Positions 35,260 to 44,321 of a stretch of 46,708 nucleotides of DNA are shown in pieces (within the stretch, counting starts at the first letter, position 1; every line of letters begins with the position of its first letter). The DNA lies in contig JBBDIV010000013.1 in NCBI GenBank assembly GCA_040880225.1, positions 1 to 46,708 of the forward strand, in the 5' to 3' direction. A program made the position numbers and the translations under genes. The notes under the pieces were generated by a model. That model had not been told where the DNA came from and made no database searches. It saw only the letters and a program-made list of their open reading frames with translations. The DNA is from Gemmatimonadota bacterium (GTDB taxonomy: Bacteria; Gemmatimonadota; Gemmatimonadetes; Longimicrobiales; Gaopeijiaceae).

Positions 35260-36900
35260 TCAGTTCCCGTCTGCGGCCAACCGTTCGATCAGCTCCGGAT
35301 CAGGGCGGACGAAGACCGTTTCCATCCGATCGGGCACCACCGATCCGGGCGGTGCCTTCCGGGCCTTGCGGACATACTTGCGACGCGTCCAGCCCACCGG
35401 GACGCTGCCGGAGTGACGGGCCTGGGAGTGGAGGGCGGCCAGACCCGCCGCCTCCCCGAGATCGCGCCTCGGCGGATTCCCATCCTGGCCCCAGCGCAGA
35501 ATCACGTGGGCTCCCGACGCTTGTCGTGCATGCAGCCAGATGTCCTCGGGGGAGGAGTGGTGGAAGGTGAGGTCGTCGTTGTTCCGGGCCCCGCGGCCAA
35601 CCCGGATCTCCAGGCCGCCGGATGAGCGGAATCGCCGGTACGGCAGTCCGGGCTCCGAGCGAGCTCCGCCCTTCTGGCCTTCCCCCCTCGAAACCGGACC
35701 CAGGGCGGCCGACAGCTCGCCGGGATCGGATTCCCCCGAGTAGACGCGCTCCAGGGCGGCGGACCAGCGCTCCACCTCCTGCTCCGCCCCTTCGATCCGG
35801 TCGGGAAGCTCGTCGCGGGCGCGCTCCATGCGTGCGGCTTCGTCGTAGTAGCGGGCGGCGTTGGCATCCGGTGGTAGTGTCGGATCGAGCTTCACCTCCA
35901 CCGGTTCTCCGTCGAAGCCGATCAGGCGAACAAACTCGGTTCCGCGGGGGACCTGGGCGTACCGGGCGAGGATCAGATCGCCTCGGGCCCGGATCGGCGC
36001 CGGGTCACGGGCGTTGTCCAGCTCCCGACGAAGCCCGCGAACCTTTCCGCGGGCCCGGTCGAGCCGTTTCTCGAGTCGGGCGACGAGGTCGGGCGGCGAG
36101 AGGAGCGCCGGAGCGGGCTCCGTCTCGGGGGCCCGCTGCCTCGCCGTTGCGAACGCCTCGAGAAGCGTCGGGAGCGCGTCGGCTTCGGCCCCCTCCGGAT
36201 GGACTGGATACGGCTGCGGTCCCCGCTCGGTCCGGAGCACGCACCCCGTCCAGCTTCCCGGGTCGATCATACGCCGCCACCGCTTCCATCCGTCGGCCCC
36301 CGTGAGCGGGTCTACGTTGAGGGACGAGGTCCACGCGACGTTTCGCAGGATCGCCGTCCGGCGGGCGCTGGGGTCGGACCCTGCTGTCGCGGCGATCTCC
36401 TGCCATTCCTCGGCGGAGAGGTCCCCGGCCCACCCCCTCCGTCCCGTGCTTTGCGGGGGCTCCCAGGTTGATCCTACCGTGAAGCTGCGGGCACCACTGT
36501 CCCGCGCCAGCAGGACGTGGCGAATCACCCGGTTTCGGTGTCCGAAAACGGCCGCATTCCAGCGATTACCAACCATCTCCAGGGCGAGCTCCAGCCCCTC
36601 GTCGCGGCCCCGGATCCGGGGGAGCGAGACGATCAGGGCGCTGTCGTCGGGAAGGGCTTCGACGCGTCCGATCCGCGCGGGGAGCGGCCGAGCCACCTCG
36701 GGGGGAGGAATGGCCGGGAGGAGGGAGATCCACCCTCGCAGCGGATGGAGCTCGAACACCAGGGTGTGGCTGCGGAGGAAGAGGACGACCCGTCTCGATT
36801 CGGCGTCCAGAAGGAAGGCTCGAACCCGCGAGTTCCGCAGTCGGTCGTCCAGCTCCCGGGCCGCGGCAGCGGCGAGCAGAGGATCCCAGCGCATCGACAT
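35260..36900 (-). CDS. NFACT-family protein (RqcH/FbpA-like, DUF814-containing)
   Basis: Starts at MSMRWDPLL (ATG, complement of 36898-36900). It has a C-terminal NFACT-R/DUF814 signature (GGLEIRVGRGARNNDDLTFHHSSPEDIWLHARQASGAHVILRW). Confidence 0.8.
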   Translation of the reverse strand: MSMRWDPLLAAAAARELDDRLRNSRVRAFLLDAESRRVVLFLRSHTLVFELHPLRGWISLLPAIPPPEVARPLPARIGRVEALPDDSALIVSLPRIRGRDEGLELALEMVGNRWNAAVFGHRNRVIRHVLLARDSGARSFTVGSTWEPPQSTGRRGWAGDLSAEEWQEIAATAGSDPSARRTAILRNVAWTSSLNVDPLTGADGWKRWRRMIDPGSWTGCVLRTERGPQPYPVHPEGAEADALPTLLEAFATARQRAPETEPAPALLSPPDLVARLEKRLDRARGKVRGLRRELDNARDPAPIRARGDLILARYAQVPRGTEFVRLIGFDGEPVEVKLDPTLPPDANAARYYDEAARMERARDELPDRIEGAEQEVERWSAALERVYSGESDPGELSAALGPVSRGEGQKGGARSEPGLPYRRFRSSGGLEIRVGRGARNNDDLTFHHSSPEDIWLHARQASGAHVILRWGQDGNPPRRDLGEAAGLAALHSQARHSGSVPVGWTRRKYVRKARKAPPGSVVPDRMETVFVRPDPELIERLAADGN

Positions 36901-36918
36901 GGCGGGAAGGTAATGGGT

Positions 36919-36947
36919 TTGACAGGCTTCCGCGGGGCATCTATGCT
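36919..36947 (+). promoter_or_regulatory. candidate sigma70-type promoter of panB (TTGACA-N17-TATGCT)
   Basis: A perfect -35 at 36919-36924 and a -10 at 36942-36947, in the 71-nt divergent gap between the rqcH-like gene and panB. This is consistent with the ATG at 36972 being the panB start. Confidence 0.45.
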
Positions 36948-36971
36948 CCGGCGACGCCGGGGCGAAGAAGG

Positions 36972-37871
36972 ATGCGTTCCCGGACCCCCTTCCCATCATC
37001 GGGCGTCGCCGCCCGCACTCACCCTCTCATCGTGCCCGCGCAACAACCTTCGAGAGCACGCAGAACGAGGACGGTCCGGGACTTCGTCGAGATGAAGGCT
37101 CGTCACGAGCCCATCGCGGTCCTGACCTGCTTCGACTTCCTCTTTGCCCGGATCCTCGAGTCCGAGGGCGTGGACTCGATCCTGGTCGGGGACTCCCTCG
37201 GTCAGGTGGCGCTCGGGTACGACTCGACACTCCCCGTGACGCTGGACGAGATGATACACCACGCGCGGGCCGTCCGCCGTGGCGCGCCCTCCACGTTCAC
37301 GGTGCTCGATCTTCCCTTCATGAGCTATCAGGTCTCCGCGGACGACGCCCTCCGCAGCGCCGGCCGCGCCATGCAGGAGGCGGGCGTCCATGCCGTGAAG
37401 CTCGAGGGAGGGGACGAGGAAAGCTGCGAGACCGTGCGGCGGCTGGTGCGAGCGGGAATTCCCGTGATGGGGCATCTGGGCTTCGTGCCACAGTCGATCC
37501 ACGCCCTCGGCGGGAGTCGGGTCCAGGGTCGGGACGCCGAGGACGCCGACCGGATCCGCCGCGAGGCGCGCGGGTTGGAGGAGGCGGGCTGCTTCTCGAT
37601 CGTCCTCGAGCTGATCCCGGGTTCGGTCGGGGAAGCCGTCTCCGGCGACCTCCGTATTCCGACCATCGGGATCGGAGCCGGCGCCGGGTGTGATGGCCAG
37701 GTCCTGGTCCTTCCAGATGCCCTCGGGCTGAATCCTGGCTTCTCGCCCCGATTCCTGAAGCGGTTTGCGGACCTGTCGGAGGAGGCCGGTCGTGGCATCC
37801 GGTCCTTCCTTTCGGAGGTGAAGACCGGGCGATTCCCCGGGCCCGAACACACGTTCGGGGACGAGGTGTGA
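36972..37871 (+). CDS. panB: 3-methyl-2-oxobutanoate hydroxymethyltransferase
   Basis: Motifs LTCFDFLFARI, ILVGDSLGQVALGYDSTLPVTLDEMIHHARAV and VKLEGG. The start is uncertain, with an alternative in-frame GTG at 37032. Confidence 0.9.
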   Translation: MRSRTPFPSSGVAARTHPLIVPAQQPSRARRTRTVRDFVEMKARHEPIAVLTCFDFLFARILESEGVDSILVGDSLGQVALGYDSTLPVTLDEMIHHARAVRRGAPSTFTVLDLPFMSYQVSADDALRSAGRAMQEAGVHAVKLEGGDEESCETVRRLVRAGIPVMGHLGFVPQSIHALGGSRVQGRDAEDADRIRREARGLEEAGCFSIVLELIPGSVGEAVSGDLRIPTIGIGAGAGCDGQVLVLPDALGLNPGFSPRFLKRFADLSEEAGRGIRSFLSEVKTGRFPGPEHTFGDEV

Positions 37872-38806
37872 GTTCCGCCGTCTCGGCTCCGGCGCTGACG
37901 CGCACGCGCGGTCAACTCGCCACGGGGCTGACCAGGCTTCGGAGAGGACATCGAAGACTTGGCCTCGTGCCCACCATGGGCGCCCTCCACGAGGGGCATC
38001 TCTCGCTCGTGGACCGATCCCTGGATCTCTGCGACGCCACGGCCGTCTCGATCTTCGTGAATCCGTTGCAGTTCGGAGTCGGCGAGGATCTCGCCGGCTA
38101 CCCTCGGGATCTCGAAGGCGACGTGAGGCGACTGGGCGAGCGAGGGGTCGATCTGGTCTTCGCGCCGTCCGACGACGAGGTGATGTACCCGGCGGGGGAG
38201 CCCAGCGTGCGGGTGGATCCGGGTCCGATGGGCGAAGGGCTCTGCGGCCGCTTCCGTCCCGGTCACTTCCAGGGGGTGCTTACCGTCGTGGCCAAGCTGT
38301 TCGGCATGGTTCGTCCCGATGTGGCGGTGTTCGGACGAAAGGACTTTCAGCAGGCTGTTCTCGTTCGCAGGATGGTGGAAGATCTCGAGCTGGGTGTGGA
38401 GATCGTGACCGCCCCCGTCATCCGTGAAGCGGACGGCCTGGCCATGAGCTCGCGCAACGCCTACCTGTCCCGGGTCGAGCGGCGCGAGGCCTCCGGCCTG
38501 TTCCAGGCACTCTCGGCCGCCCGTGCGTCCTTTGCGGACGGAGAGGTCTCGGCCGGGGCATTGATCCGCACTTTCACGACCGTGATCGATCGGCACGAGC
38601 ATCTGAGCCTCCAGTACGTCGAGCTCGTCGAACCAGACGCTCTGACTCCCTCTGACCCGCCCACCTCGGACACCGTGATGGCGGCCGCGGTATTCTGCGG
38701 CGAGACCCGGCTCATCGACAATATTGTCCTGGGTGGGGCTGCCCCATCGGAGTCGGTTCGTCCCTCGGACGCCTCGGTGGTCCGAGGTTCTCCGGAGGGC
38801 ATGTGA
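37868..38806 (+). CDS. panC: pantoate--beta-alanine ligase
   Basis: Motifs VPTMGALHEGHLSL and FGRKDFQQ. Its GTG start overlaps the panB stop (GTGA). Confidence 0.93.
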   Translation: MSSAVSAPALTRTRGQLATGLTRLRRGHRRLGLVPTMGALHEGHLSLVDRSLDLCDATAVSIFVNPLQFGVGEDLAGYPRDLEGDVRRLGERGVDLVFAPSDDEVMYPAGEPSVRVDPGPMGEGLCGRFRPGHFQGVLTVVAKLFGMVRPDVAVFGRKDFQQAVLVRRMVEDLELGVEIVTAPVIREADGLAMSSRNAYLSRVERREASGLFQALSAARASFADGEVSAGALIRTFTTVIDRHEHLSLQYVELVEPDALTPSDPPTSDTVMAAAVFCGETRLIDNIVLGGAAPSESVRPSDASVVRGSPEGM

Positions 38807-39420
38807 GCCTGCATCCGATTCTGGCCGAGGCCGCCTCCGGCGGACTCCCCCAGTGGAGCTGCGCCGGAGAATCGCGCCGCGAGCACATCCGGCGCGTCGC
38901 GGACCTCATGGAAGCATGGGCGGAGGCGCTTGGGCATCCGCCCGAAGAGGTTGCACGATGGAGGGCCGCGGGACGCCTTCACGACGCCCTCCGGGACGCG
39001 GACCCCGCCGATCTGGTCGATCGTGTAGACCCGGCCCTCGCCGATCTCCCCGGCGGGATGCTGCACGGTCCGGCGGCGGCCGAGCGCCTCAAGGCAGAGG
39101 GCGTTCGCGACGAGGCCTTCCTTCGCGCGGTGGCATTCCATACCATCGGACACCCGGCGTTCGACGAGTTGGGTCGCTTCCTCTACGCTGCCGACTTTCT
39201 GGAGCCGGGACGGAGGTTCCTTCCGGAGTGGAGAGCAGAGCTGCGGGGGCGAATGGTGCGCGAACCGGGCGCGGTCATGCGCGAGGTAGCGAGAGCGAGG
39301 ATCCGGAATCTCCTCGAACGATTCCGACCGATACGACCGGAGACGCGGGAGTTCTGGAACATCCTCGCGCAAGAGATGAAGATCAGCCGCACGACTCCAG
39401 CGTTGGACACCGATGGCTAG
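38803..39420 (+). CDS. yqeK: HD-domain protein, YqeK-like (putative bis(5'-nucleosyl)-tetraphosphatase)
   Basis: 205 aa with the motifs H..RV, GRLHDALRD, AVAFHTIGHPAFDELGRFLYAADFLEPGRRF. This layout matches the YqeK HD-family pattern. The GTG start overlaps the panC stop. Confidence 0.65.
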   Translation: MSLHPILAEAASGGLPQWSCAGESRREHIRRVADLMEAWAEALGHPPEEVARWRAAGRLHDALRDADPADLVDRVDPALADLPGGMLHGPAAAERLKAEGVRDEAFLRAVAFHTIGHPAFDELGRFLYAADFLEPGRRFLPEWRAELRGRMVREPGAVMREVARARIRNLLERFRPIRPETREFWNILAQEMKISRTTPALDTDG

Positions 39421-39958
39421 AAGAAAGCGAAACGAGCCCCTATGGCCGCTCGTCGTAGTCCTCGGGCTGGTGGCCGGAGGACTCGGACTCGGGGCGCTCC
39501 TGACCGGCGATGCCGATCCGGGTCCGGCTCTCAGCCTACTCGATGGGCCCACCCAGGACGCGGACACCGTGCACCTCCCCAGCGCCGACGACCGCATCCG
39601 CGTCGAAGTCCTGAACGCGGGGGGGGTCCCGGGAGCCGCGGCGGCAGCGCGCGATGAGCTGCGCGAGCGGGGATTCGACGTCGTCTATTACGGAAACGCA
39701 TCGTCCTTCGAACGGGACATGTCGATCGTGTTCGACCGTGCGGGAGTCCGGGATGCGGCGGGGGCGGTCGCCCGCTCGATCGGGATCGCGAGCGTCGAGT
39801 CGGAACCCGACAGTGGTCGGCTGGTCGACGTCACGGTCCTGCTGGGGAGCGATTGGAATCCGGATTCCCAGGCCCGCGCCCCCGCCGCGGAGGAGACCAT
39901 CGGCGACGAGGGGCGAAGATGGTGGGATCCCAGGCGACTGTTCACGGGAGCGAGGTAG
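39413..39958 (+). CDS. LytR_C (LytR/CpsA/Psr C-terminal) domain membrane protein
   Basis: It has an N-terminal TM helix (LWPLVVVLGLVAGGLGLGALL), then RVEVLNAGGVPGAAAAARDELRERGFDVV...VTVLLGSDW, which is typical of LytR_C. It overlaps the yqeK stop by 8 nt. Confidence 0.7.
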   Translation: MARRKRNEPLWPLVVVLGLVAGGLGLGALLTGDADPGPALSLLDGPTQDADTVHLPSADDRIRVEVLNAGGVPGAAAAARDELRERGFDVVYYGNASSFERDMSIVFDRAGVRDAAGAVARSIGIASVESEPDSGRLVDVTVLLGSDWNPDSQARAPAAEETIGDEGRRWWDPRRLFTGAR

Positions 39959-39961
39959 CCG

Positions 39962-40732
39962 TTGTCCAGAGAGAGAAGAAGGGGGGGGCGGGACTCCAGG
40001 AGCCGGGAGGAGCGCGGGAAGCGCCGGCGCGCCCAGACGGAGGCCGACCCGAAGGGCGGGGAGCTTCTCGAATGGGGCAAGACCCTGGTGCTCACCGTGG
40101 TCTTCCTCGTCATCATCAGGACTTTCCTCGTCCAGACCTTCGTGATCACGTCCGGATCCATGGAGGACACGCTCCTGGTGGGCGACTTCCTGATGGTGAA
40201 CCGACTCGCGCTCGGAACGCGCCTTCCGGGAACGGATTTTACGACCCCCGGATACTCGGAACCCCAGCGGGGGGAGGTGCTGGTCTTCGACCCCCCGCAC
40301 GAGGACGGGATCAAGCTCGTCAAGCGCCTGGTCGGGATGCCGGGAGACACGCTCGAGATGCGGGGAAAGAACCTCTACATCGACGGCGAGCTGCAGGACG
40401 AGGCGTACGCCAGGTGGGGGGATCCCACGGGCGACGACCAGCACCCGTGGATGCGCTGGCAGGCCGAGCACCTCGTCTCGGGCGTCGATCCCGCCGAGTA
40501 CCAGCCCACTCGGGACAACTGGGGGCCCCTCGTGGTTCCCGAGGGGCACTACTTCATGCTCGGGGACAACCGGGACTTCTCGCTCGACTCCCGGTACTGG
40601 GGTCTGCTCGAGCGTTGGCGACTGGAGGGCAAGGCCATGTTCTTCTACTTTTCCTACGATCGGGAGTCCCCGGCGCCATTCTCCTTCCTGCGGGAGATTC
40701 GCTGGGACCGGATCGGAGATGGGATTCGGTAG
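39962..40732 (+). CDS. lepB: signal peptidase I
   Basis: The TTG start is preceded by GAGG with a 6-nt spacer. It has the catalytic Ser motif (TSGSMEDTL), the Lys box (KRLVGMPGD) and GDNRDFSLDSRYWG. Confidence 0.92.
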   Translation: MSRERRRGGRDSRSREERGKRRRAQTEADPKGGELLEWGKTLVLTVVFLVIIRTFLVQTFVITSGSMEDTLLVGDFLMVNRLALGTRLPGTDFTTPGYSEPQRGEVLVFDPPHEDGIKLVKRLVGMPGDTLEMRGKNLYIDGELQDEAYARWGDPTGDDQHPWMRWQAEHLVSGVDPAEYQPTRDNWGPLVVPEGHYFMLGDNRDFSLDSRYWGLLERWRLEGKAMFFYFSYDRESPAPFSFLREIRWDRIGDGIR

Positions 40733-40770
40733 GACTGTCCTCCGGACAGCCTTCTTCAACGGCCTTCTAG
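40733..40770. repeat. palindromic repeat copy 3 (variant; shares the 20-nt head, shorter hairpin)
   Basis: Read on the minus strand from 40770: CTAGAAGGCCGTTGAAGAAGGCTGTCCGGAGGACAGTCC. It has the same 20-nt head as copies 1 and 2 (one C/T difference), followed by a short GGACTGTCC/GGACAGCC hairpin (40732-40751). It fills the convergent lepB/rlmN gap, and its TAG is the rlmN stop codon. Confidence 0.8.
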
Positions 40771-41873
40771 GCACCCTCGAGCTGAACGAGGGTGTTCGCC
40801 TTCAGCTGACCGCAGGCCGCATCGATGTCGCGCCCCCGGGGCTGCCGGACCGCGACCGACACCCCTGCTTCGTCGAGGATGCGCCGGAACCGCTCGATCC
40901 GCTCGGCGGTGGAGGGACCCCAATCCTGGTAGGGGATCGGGTTGAAGGGGATCAGGTTCACGAACGCTTGTACCTCCCCGGCGAGCTCCGCCAGTTTCGG
41001 CGCCAGGGTCTCCTCGTCGTTCACCCCGCGGATCATCGTGTACTCGAAGGTGACCCGCCGGCCGCCGCCCTCTCGGAATGCGTGGATCGCCTCCATCAGC
41101 TCGGGAAGAGGATGTCGCTGCTCGAGCGGGATGAGCTCCCGTCTCAGCTCGGGGATCGGGGCGTGCAGGGAGATCGCCAGCCCGAACTGCTCGGGCCGGG
41201 ACGCCAGCTCGCGGATCCCTGGGACGACCCCCACGGTCGAGACGGTGATTCTCCGTGCTCCGATACCGAAGCCCGCATTCAGGATCGTCAGGGACGGATG
41301 GACGGCCCGGCGGTTCGAGAGTGGCTCTCCCATGCCCATGTACACGACGTTGGTGATCGGCCCGTACCCCGCCTCGGCGGCCCATCGCCTGGAGGCGCGG
41401 AATTGGGCGACGATCTCGGCGGCGGTGAGCTGGCGCGCGAATCCCATCCATCCCGTTGCGCAGAAGGTGCATCCCATGGCGCAACCGGCCTGCGACGAGA
41501 TGCAGAGGGTAAGTCGATCCGAGGTCGGAATCAGGACGGACTCCACGAGCTCGCCGTCCTCCAGCCTCCACAGATGCTTCGCGGTCCCGTCTTCCGAGCG
41601 CGCCACGGATTCCACTGCGGGTTCGCCGAGCGTGAACTGTGCTGCCAGGGCTTCGCGCTCGTTCTCGGGGAGGTTCGTCATCTCCTCGATCGAGCGGACA
41701 TCCGACTCGTAGACCCAACGCCGGACCTGTTCGACCCGGAACCCGGGCTGCCCTCGCGGGGCGAAGTGCTCGCGCAGGCGCACCTCGAGTTCCGTGGGAG
41801 TGAGTCCCAGGAGTGGAGTCGGGGATGTGAGATCGGAGTTCCCGGCGGGGGATCTGCGAATTGCGTCGTTCAT
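40767..41873 (-). CDS. rlmN: 23S rRNA (adenine2503-C2)/tRNA methyltransferase RlmN (radical SAM)
   Basis: Motifs CISSQAGCAMGCTFCATG and ACGQL. I placed the start at MNDAIRR (20 aa before the LLGLTPTELE region, as in characterised RlmN). The alternative ATG at 41939 follows GGAGGGAG, but that extension contains a rare TTA codon. Confidence 0.88.
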   Translation of the reverse strand: MNDAIRRSPAGNSDLTSPTPLLGLTPTELEVRLREHFAPRGQPGFRVEQVRRWVYESDVRSIEEMTNLPENEREALAAQFTLGEPAVESVARSEDGTAKHLWRLEDGELVESVLIPTSDRLTLCISSQAGCAMGCTFCATGWMGFARQLTAAEIVAQFRASRRWAAEAGYGPITNVVYMGMGEPLSNRRAVHPSLTILNAGFGIGARRITVSTVGVVPGIRELASRPEQFGLAISLHAPIPELRRELIPLEQRHPLPELMEAIHAFREGGGRRVTFEYTMIRGVNDEETLAPKLAELAGEVQAFVNLIPFNPIPYQDWGPSTAERIERFRRILDEAGVSVAVRQPRGRDIDAACGQLKANTLVQLEGA

Positions 41874-42055
41874 GGGAATGGGCCGCGATGCCCAGGTTTG
41901 CTTGAGGGAGTCGGAAACCACCATTAACTTAGCGGGCATCTCCCTCCGGGCGGTACCGGGGGCCGGGTGGCTCCAATGATCGGGTGTGGGTGTGTGCCCG
42001 GAGAGCTCCCATCTCGGAATCGAAGGAAGGAGATCCGGCGGGTGAGACCTGCTAC

Positions 42056-42451
42056 GTGAAACGAACCGTCTTGGCGTGGGGGCCGCCGGTCCTCTGGGCC
42101 CTGGTGCTCTTCTTCCTGAGCGAGTTCCGGTCTGCGCCGTCCATCGCGGCGCCCCTCCTGACCGTACCGGACAAGCTCCTCCATTTCCTGCTCTACGCCG
42201 CAATGGGTGCATCGCTGGCGTGGGCCCGACATACGAGCGGAGCGAGGGTTCGGCACGGGTTCCTCGTGGCCCTGGGGAGCGCCTACGGCGCCGCGGACGA
42301 GTGGCACCAGAGCTTCGTGCCGGGACGGAATCCGGATGTCCTCGATTGGGTGGCGGACGTGGCCGGAGTCGTGGTCGGGTATTTCGTCGTCGTCCATCTC
42401 CTCGGGAGGGGCAGGGCCTCCCGGAAACCGAAACACGCGGATAGCGAATGA
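42056..42451 (+). CDS. VanZ-like family membrane protein
   Basis: Four hydrophobic helices plus the VanZ motifs DKLLHFLLYAAMG and GAADEWHQSFVPGR. I preferred the GTG at 42056 over the track start at 41984, whose extra codons are hydrophilic and Arg/Cys-rich. Confidence 0.75.
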   Translation: MKRTVLAWGPPVLWALVLFFLSEFRSAPSIAAPLLTVPDKLLHFLLYAAMGASLAWARHTSGARVRHGFLVALGSAYGAADEWHQSFVPGRNPDVLDWVADVAGVVVGYFVVVHLLGRGRASRKPKHADSE

Positions 42452-44268
42452 ACGCATCAGTGGAAGAAACGGAGTCCGAGGCGACAGGCCTGCGAAGCCG
42501 GATGGTGGGTGGGCTGCGCCGCGAGCACCAGGGGGCTGTGGAACAGCTCGTAGGCTGGGTTCACCGCCGCCGCGACCTGGGCGGGCTCCTCTTCGTGGAT
42601 CTGAGAGATCGCAGCGGGCTGGTCCAGCTTTCGCTGGGCCCGGACTGGACCGAGGCGGAGAGTCTGGAGCGGGCGCACCGCCTCGGCGCGGAGCACGTAG
42701 TCCGGGTCGAGGGTACGGTCGCGCTGCGGCCCGAGGACGCCCGCAACCCGGAGCTCTCGACCGGGGACGTCGAGCTCCAGGTCACCCGTCTCGAGTTGCT
42801 GAATCCGGCCACCACCCCCTCGATTCCCGTCTACCGGGGGGCCGACGAGGAGCTGCCCCAGGAGGAGCTGCGGCTCCGGCACCGGCACCTGGACCTTCGG
42901 CGCGCGGAGCTCCACCGGAACCTCGCCCTGCGCCACGAGCTCGTGCTCGCCACCCGGAATTATTTCGGCCGACTGGGCTTTCTCGAGATCGAGACGCCGA
43001 TCCTGACCAAGACCACGCCCGAGGGCGCACGGGACTATCTGGTGCCCAGCCGGGTCCATCCGGGCGAGTTCTATGCATTGCCGCAGAGCCCGCAGATCTA
43101 CAAGCAGATCCTCATGACGGCGGGTTACGACCGGTATCTCCAGATCGCCCGTTGCTTCAGGGACGAGGACCTCCGGGCCGATCGACAGCCCGAGTTCACC
43201 CAGATCGACCTGGAGGCCGCCTTCGTCGAGCCGGAGGACATCGTCGCCTGGGTCGAGGGACTGATGCAGAGGCTGGGCGAGGTTGCCGGGATCGAGGCGG
43301 CCCCTCCGTTCGAGCGGCTCACACATGCCGATGCGATGGACCGTTTCGGCTCGGATCGTCCCGACCGGCGCTGGGATCTCGAAATCTCGGACTGGACCTC
43401 CGTGCTCGGCGCCGCGGACTCGCAGATCCTCCGCGGAGCCGTGGAGGCCGGCGGGAGGATCCGTGGGTTCCGGATCACGGAAGGCTCACGTCTTTCCAGG
43501 AAGGAGATCGAGGCGGTCGAGGGTGTCGCAAAGGCGGCGGGTGCACCGGGGCTTCTGTGGGCGAAGCGGACGGAAGACGGGGGGAGCGGCCCCCTCTCCC
43601 GATGGATGCACGAGGACCACTGGGCGTCGATCGGGGCGGAAGTGGGTGACCTCTTGCTGGTCGCGGCGGGTGCCGATCGGGTCACGTCGCCCACCCTCTC
43701 GGCGGTCCGCGGGGCGGCGATCCGAGCGATGGATCTTCCTCGTGTGCGCGAGCACGCCTGGCTCTGGGTGCTGGACTTCCCCCTCTTCGAGGAAGAAGAC
43801 GGGACTCTCGCGCCGGGACACCATCCGTTCGTCCTGCCGCATCCCGACGACCTGGTCGCCCTCGATTCGGATCCGGCGTCGGTGCGGGGACTCGCGTACG
43901 ATCTGGTGTACAACGGTTCGGAACTCGGATCCGGGAGCATCCGTATCCACGACCCGAAGCTTCAGCGCAGGGTGTTGCGGACCCTGGGGATGGATGACGC
44001 GGAGATCGACCGGAAGTTCGGCTTTCTCCTCGAAGCACTCGCGTCGGGTGCCCCTCCCCATGGGGGGATCGCGCTCGGGATGGATCGTATCGTGAAGGAT
44101 TTCCTGCAGGTCGGTAGCCTGCGCGATGTGATCGCGTTCCCCAAGACCACGGCCGCGCGCGCCCTGTTCGAGGGAGCTCCCACCGAGGTCGGTGAGGCGG
44201 AGTTGAAACAGCTGCATCTCGTGCCCCGGCGGCGGAACCCGGGGGTGCCGGGGGAGTCCGAGGCATAG
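42448..44268 (+). CDS. aspS: aspartate--tRNA ligase
   Basis: 606 aa with an OB-fold N-terminus (GWVHRRRDLGGLLFVDLRDRSG), class II motifs (FRDEDLRADRQPEFTQID, GSGSIRIH, GGIALGMDR) and a GAD insertion domain. Confidence 0.95.
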   Translation: MNASVEETESEATGLRSRMVGGLRREHQGAVEQLVGWVHRRRDLGGLLFVDLRDRSGLVQLSLGPDWTEAESLERAHRLGAEHVVRVEGTVALRPEDARNPELSTGDVELQVTRLELLNPATTPSIPVYRGADEELPQEELRLRHRHLDLRRAELHRNLALRHELVLATRNYFGRLGFLEIETPILTKTTPEGARDYLVPSRVHPGEFYALPQSPQIYKQILMTAGYDRYLQIARCFRDEDLRADRQPEFTQIDLEAAFVEPEDIVAWVEGLMQRLGEVAGIEAAPPFERLTHADAMDRFGSDRPDRRWDLEISDWTSVLGAADSQILRGAVEAGGRIRGFRITEGSRLSRKEIEAVEGVAKAAGAPGLLWAKRTEDGGSGPLSRWMHEDHWASIGAEVGDLLLVAAGADRVTSPTLSAVRGAAIRAMDLPRVREHAWLWVLDFPLFEEEDGTLAPGHHPFVLPHPDDLVALDSDPASVRGLAYDLVYNGSELGSGSIRIHDPKLQRRVLRTLGMDDAEIDRKFGFLLEALASGAPPHGGIALGMDRIVKDFLQVGSLRDVIAFPKTTAARALFEGAPTEVGEAELKQLHLVPRRRNPGVPGESEA

Positions 44269-44321
44269 CGAGAAGGCGCCGCGGCCCCGGAAGGGTTCGG
44301 TTCGTCAAAACATGGAGGCGC

